Below are positions 25,930 to 28,461 of a stretch of DNA of 28,461 nt, piece after piece (the first letter of the stretch is position 1; the number at the start of each line of letters is the position of its first letter). Origin of the DNA: Limisphaerales bacterium. GTDB lineage: Bacteria > Verrucomicrobiota > Verrucomicrobiia > Limisphaerales > UBA8199. The stretch covers positions 1-28,461 of the forward strand of contig JANXQE010000186.1 of the NCBI GenBank assembly GCA_025356925.1. Reading direction: 5' to 3'. Position numbers and translations under genes: made by a program. The notes under the pieces were generated by a model. It saw only the letters and a program-made list of their open reading frames with translations. It had not been told where the DNA came from and did no database searches.

Positions 25930-26175
25930 CTAGGGCGCGTGAGCGGTGCCGTCCGGGCCGTTGGGGCCCAACCCCGGGGGCGGGGCGTTGCCTTCCGGCA
26001 CAAACGTGGCCCACGTCATCCCCGACTCCGGAGCAAACTGGGCTGTCCGGCCGGGAACCGGCGGGATCCGGATCAGGACTTTGCAGCCGGGACACTGGAT
26101 CTGGCGTCCGGAGAACTCCTCCCGACATTGCAGATGCTGCTGACAGTGAGGACAAGCAAACTTAAACTCGGCCAT
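25930..26175 (-). CDS. Small zinc-ribbon protein (CPHC-x19-CPGC) with a Pro-rich tail
   Basis: MAEFKFACPHCQQHLQC...GRQIQCPGCKVLIRIP is a classical two-CxxC ribbon. It fills the gap between same-strand genes. Confidence 0.75.
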   Translation of the reverse strand: MAEFKFACPHCQQHLQCREEFSGRQIQCPGCKVLIRIPPVPGRTAQFAPESGMTWATFVPEGNAPPPGLGPNGPDGTAHAP

Positions 26176-26266
26176 AAGCTATTGGATGTGTTCAGCCAGA
26201 ACATGCACCAAAACCGTCCCGCCCGCAATGGCTGGAACCACTTTAATGGCGAGCCAGAGCCCGCCA

Positions 26267-28054
26267 TTAGCCCCGGAAATAAATGTAGGCGCCCAGGATG
26301 CAGACCAGAACCACCACGGAGGCGACGACCTCGGTAGTTCCCCAACTGGCGCGAGTTTGGGAGCGGTCTTCATGAGTCGTGGTACCGAACGTAAGGCTCT
26401 TGATCTGGGCCTGGTTGGGCTCGGGTGTCAGATAACTCACGACCACCATCACCACGGCGGAAATCAGTGTGATCAGGATGCTGAAATACTGGAAGTTGAT
26501 GTTGTTGACGATCCAGAGGAATGAGCCCTCCGGATATTGATAACCCTTGATGAGGGTGACGGGGGTGTCGACCAACATCCGAAACAGGCCGACCACAAAG
26601 CCGACAATCATGGCCCAGAGGCAGCCTTGGGCATTAAGGCGTTTCCAGAAGACGCCGAAGAAAAACACGACAAAGATCGGGGGTGCGAGATAACCCTGCA
26701 CGGCCTGGAGGTATTCGTAAAGGCCCTTGGCATGGCGGACCACAGGAATCCAAGCCATCGCAATTACGACCATGATGATGGTGGCGGTGCGCCCCATCCG
26801 AACGATCTGATGCTGGGAAGCATCAGGGCGAAACTTGTTATAAATATCAACCGTGAACAACGTCGAGCAGGCGTTGAAAACGCCCGCGAGCGAGCCCATC
26901 AATGCCGAGAGCAAACCAGCCACAACGATGCCTCGCAGCCCGGCGGGCAGAAGATGCTGGACCATGAGTGGGAAAGCGACCTGGTAGGGATTCTCGCGGG
27001 CAGTGGGTCCAAAAAACTCGGCATTTAAGCCCGGGTTCGTGTGACTCTTGGCCAGGGCATAGCAGATCAGGCCAGGAATGATGAATAAGTAGACAGGGAA
27101 GAGCTTGAGAAACGCGGCGAAGATGCTGCCCTGCCGAGCGACACGTTCGTTCGGGGCGCCGAGAGCTCGCTGCACGATGTATTGGTCCGTGCACCAATAC
27201 CACAGACCGATCACCGGCGCACAGATGGCCATTCCCAACCAGGGAAAATTGGTATTGAAGTACCAGGCGATTCGATGGGCTTCCTTGACGGGCGCCCAGG
27301 TGCTCTCCATGCCTGGGGGCGTCAGCGGTTTCCAAAGATTAAACATGTCTGACCCGCAAATCTCGCGCAAGCGCCCCCACCCTCCCAGCTCGCGGAGCCC
27401 GTAAAAGGTCAGCAAGGCGGAACCGCCGATCAAAACGCAAACCTGCACCGCGTCGTTGTAGGCCACGGCGCGCATGCCCCCGAGGGCCGTGTAGAGGCCG
27501 GTCAGGGCGATGACCAGCACCGACCCGACCCAAAAACTGTCCAGCGGGCCGACCTGAAGCTCTGGCAACAGCGTGCTGAAGACCAACCCTCCGGCGAAAA
27601 TCCCGACAGCGATTTTGGAAATGATGAAGGTGAGGAGGGAGACGATCGACAGCACGTAGCGGGATTGAGTGGAGAAGCGCCGTTCCAGAAACTCCGGCAT
27701 GGTAAAAACGAGAGAACGCGCGTAGAAGGGCACGAAGACCCAGGCCAACACCAGGAGACACCAGGCGTGCAGTTCGTAGTGGGCCATGGCGACTCCGTCC
27801 TTCGCGCCGGAGCCGGCCAACCCAACGATATGTTCGGACCCGATGTTGGACGCGAAGATGGAGGCGCCAATCACCCACCAACTCAGATTGCGGCCGGCCA
27901 GGAAATAATCGGTGGCGGTGTCCTTCCGACTTTTGACGACCCACCAGGCGACACAAAAGAGGACGCCGAAATACAGGGCGATGGCCAGCCAGTCCAGACC
28001 GGTCATGGTGGATTGAACGCCGGCGGCGGCAAAGAACGTGGTGTATGGGTTCAT
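26267..28054 (-). CDS. Sodium:solute symporter, SGLT-type sugar transporter
   Basis: Motifs YFLAGR, ASIFASNIGSEH..GLAG, YWCTDQYIVQR-x-L-x-A and LFT-x-DIY, with many transmembrane helices. The start is the ATG at 28054 or the GTG at 28072. Confidence 0.95.
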   Translation of the reverse strand: MNPYTTFFAAAGVQSTMTGLDWLAIALYFGVLFCVAWWVVKSRKDTATDYFLAGRNLSWWVIGASIFASNIGSEHIVGLAGSGAKDGVAMAHYELHAWCLLVLAWVFVPFYARSLVFTMPEFLERRFSTQSRYVLSIVSLLTFIISKIAVGIFAGGLVFSTLLPELQVGPLDSFWVGSVLVIALTGLYTALGGMRAVAYNDAVQVCVLIGGSALLTFYGLRELGGWGRLREICGSDMFNLWKPLTPPGMESTWAPVKEAHRIAWYFNTNFPWLGMAICAPVIGLWYWCTDQYIVQRALGAPNERVARQGSIFAAFLKLFPVYLFIIPGLICYALAKSHTNPGLNAEFFGPTARENPYQVAFPLMVQHLLPAGLRGIVVAGLLSALMGSLAGVFNACSTLFTVDIYNKFRPDASQHQIVRMGRTATIIMVVIAMAWIPVVRHAKGLYEYLQAVQGYLAPPIFVVFFFGVFWKRLNAQGCLWAMIVGFVVGLFRMLVDTPVTLIKGYQYPEGSFLWIVNNINFQYFSILITLISAVVMVVVSYLTPEPNQAQIKSLTFGTTTHEDRSQTRASWGTTEVVASVVVLVCILGAYIYFRG

Positions 28055-28128
28055 GATGGGTGTGGGGTACACGGTTAGGGTTTAGGGTAGGTGTGTCATC
28101 GAGCGAGCGACCGGAACAGGAGTGACTG

Positions 28129-28184
28129 CGCAGGGGCGGACTCTGGCTGCGCCACGCCGTAGCGGCCAGAGCACTCGTCCTGCG
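28129..28184. repeat. Long imperfect GC-rich hairpin between galM and the symporter (REP-like or mRNA-stability element)
   Basis: CGCAGG pairs with CCTGCG (outer stem). CTCTGGCTGC (28141-28150) pairs with GCGGCCAGAG (28162-28171) at 9/10. Confidence 0.55.
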
Positions 28185-28229
28185 ATTTCGGGTTCCATCC
28201 GGACCTGGAAATTAGAATGTTGGCCTCGT

Positions 28230-28461
28230 TTAAGAGCCGGTGGAGAACTTGTAGACGATGGTGTTGTGGTACGTCTGGCCCGGCTTCAGGACCACCGAAG
28301 GGAATTGTGGCTGGTTCGGAGAATCGGGAAAGTGTTGGGGTTCCATCGCGAACGCGGAACGGAACTGGTAAACCCAGCCTCTTTTGCCTTTGAGGGTGCC
28401 GTCGAGAAAATTGCCTGAGTAGAATTGCAACCCTGGCTCGGTGGAGCTGACTTCCAAAATC
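28230..28461 (-). CDS. galM: Aldose 1-epimerase (galactose mutarotase), C-terminal part; the gene continues beyond the window
   Basis: TEPGLQFYSGNFL, EPQHFPDSPN-x-P-x-FPS-x-x-L-x-PG-x-x-Y and the terminal YKF are diagnostic. The frame is open to the window edge. Confidence 0.93.
   Translation of the reverse strand, partial: ILEVSSTEPGLQFYSGNFLDGTLKGKRGWVYQFRSAFAMEPQHFPDSPNQPQFPSVVLKPGQTYHNTIVYKFSTGS

Noticed and set aside
24510-26165. 230-aa and 306-aa plus-strand ORFs
   Set aside because: Antisense shadows of the kinase gene.
28074-28087. Telomere-like TTAGGG/TTTAGGG units
   Set aside because: Only two units within a bacterial start region; chance.

Overview
A 28.5-kb, GC-rich, gene-dense stretch of bacterial chromosome. 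It is most likely from a subdivision-3 Verrucomicrobiota (Pedosphaera/Limisphaera-like) organism; this is inferred from protein tail motifs, the kinase type, the Tat-exported Gfo/Idh/MocA enzymes and the intergenic repeats. I can support 18 CDS, the last one cut off by the window edge. In order: an exported protein with 143-aa tandem repeats, a CefD/Egt2-like PLP enzyme, a small hypothetical protein, a Tat Gfo/Idh/MocA oxidoreductase, a REC-HDOD regulator, an alpha/beta hydrolase, an amidohydrolase-CBM9 fusion, a second Tat oxidoreductase, a clan GH-D-like TIM-barrel protein, arsM, an extended GlsB/YeaQ/YmgE protein, a DUF4034-like exported protein, a SNF2 helicase, glnD, a membrane Ser/Thr kinase, a small zinc-ribbon protein, an SGLT-type symporter and the 3' end of galM. 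I found no rRNA, tRNA, CRISPR array, integrase or transposase. Several intergenic spaces hold REP-like miniature palindromes, including a nested composite at 9758-9950. I see no unambiguous new multi-gene system. The best leads are the Cys-paired repeat surface protein with a doubled C-terminal tail, the three exported carbohydrate-type enzymes at 7900-13455, the zinc-ribbon/kinase pair, the orphan arsM with a candidate operator, and the nested repeats. All family calls come from motif recognition by eye, not database searches.
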